DNA of 64,000 nt from Ptychomitrium polyphyllum (taxonomy: Eukaryota): positions 8,618,001-8,682,000 of the forward strand of contig OZ316776.1 of the NCBI GenBank assembly GCA_973851085.1, read 5' to 3'. A program made the translations under genes and the position numbers. Below are positions 63,769 through 64,000 of the stretch, piece by piece. The notes under the pieces are model-generated. The model was not told where the DNA came from. It did not search any database and was given only the letters and a program-made list of their open reading frames with translations. How positions within the stretch are numbered: position 1 is the stretch's first letter; each line of letters begins with the position of its first letter.

Positions 63769-64000
63769 GTAAAAATTATAATCACGACGAGTCTTTTTCG
63801 CTTTTTATGGAAATACCGTAGTAGCCTCTAATTAGGCTTTACTTTCTGCGTTTTCTCCTATAAATGTATTTATTTTGTGTGTACATATTATACAGGTAGC
63901 ATGAAGAAGATCCAGTTGTTTCAAATGAAGTCCTGACCCTTTTTCTCAAATTTGCAAAATTTAGTCTCCTAGCAGAAAGTACATTTAGAGCCGAAGCAGC

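Overview
Eukaryotic nuclear DNA from a land plant, most likely a moss (inferred from gene style, GT-AG introns and very AT-rich, CpG-poor spacers). Seven genes can be rebuilt by hand from splice sites: an 18-exon TDBD/PHD/GNAT chromatin protein (+), a secreted pectate lyase with a long acidic N-terminal extension (+), HSPRO (-), an intronless NDA-type type II NADH dehydrogenase (-), a calmodulin-like protein (-), a 12-exon sucrose synthase (+) and N-acetylglutamate synthase (+, runs off the window end). There is also a full-length but decayed L-type lectin receptor kinase pseudogene (-) and a probable decayed LRR gene. The best non-obvious signals are: a hairpin with a decoy splice donor in a sucrose synthase intron; a 9x TGACG microsatellite, an AuxRE-like cluster and a uORF upstream of HSPRO; an inverted pair of GC-rich blocks around an AT-rich spacer, next to a candidate 69-aa spliced ORF; and an orphan GC-rich first-exon-like island. 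No prokaryote-type system (CRISPR etc.) is present, and nothing here is demonstrably a new system without further checks.
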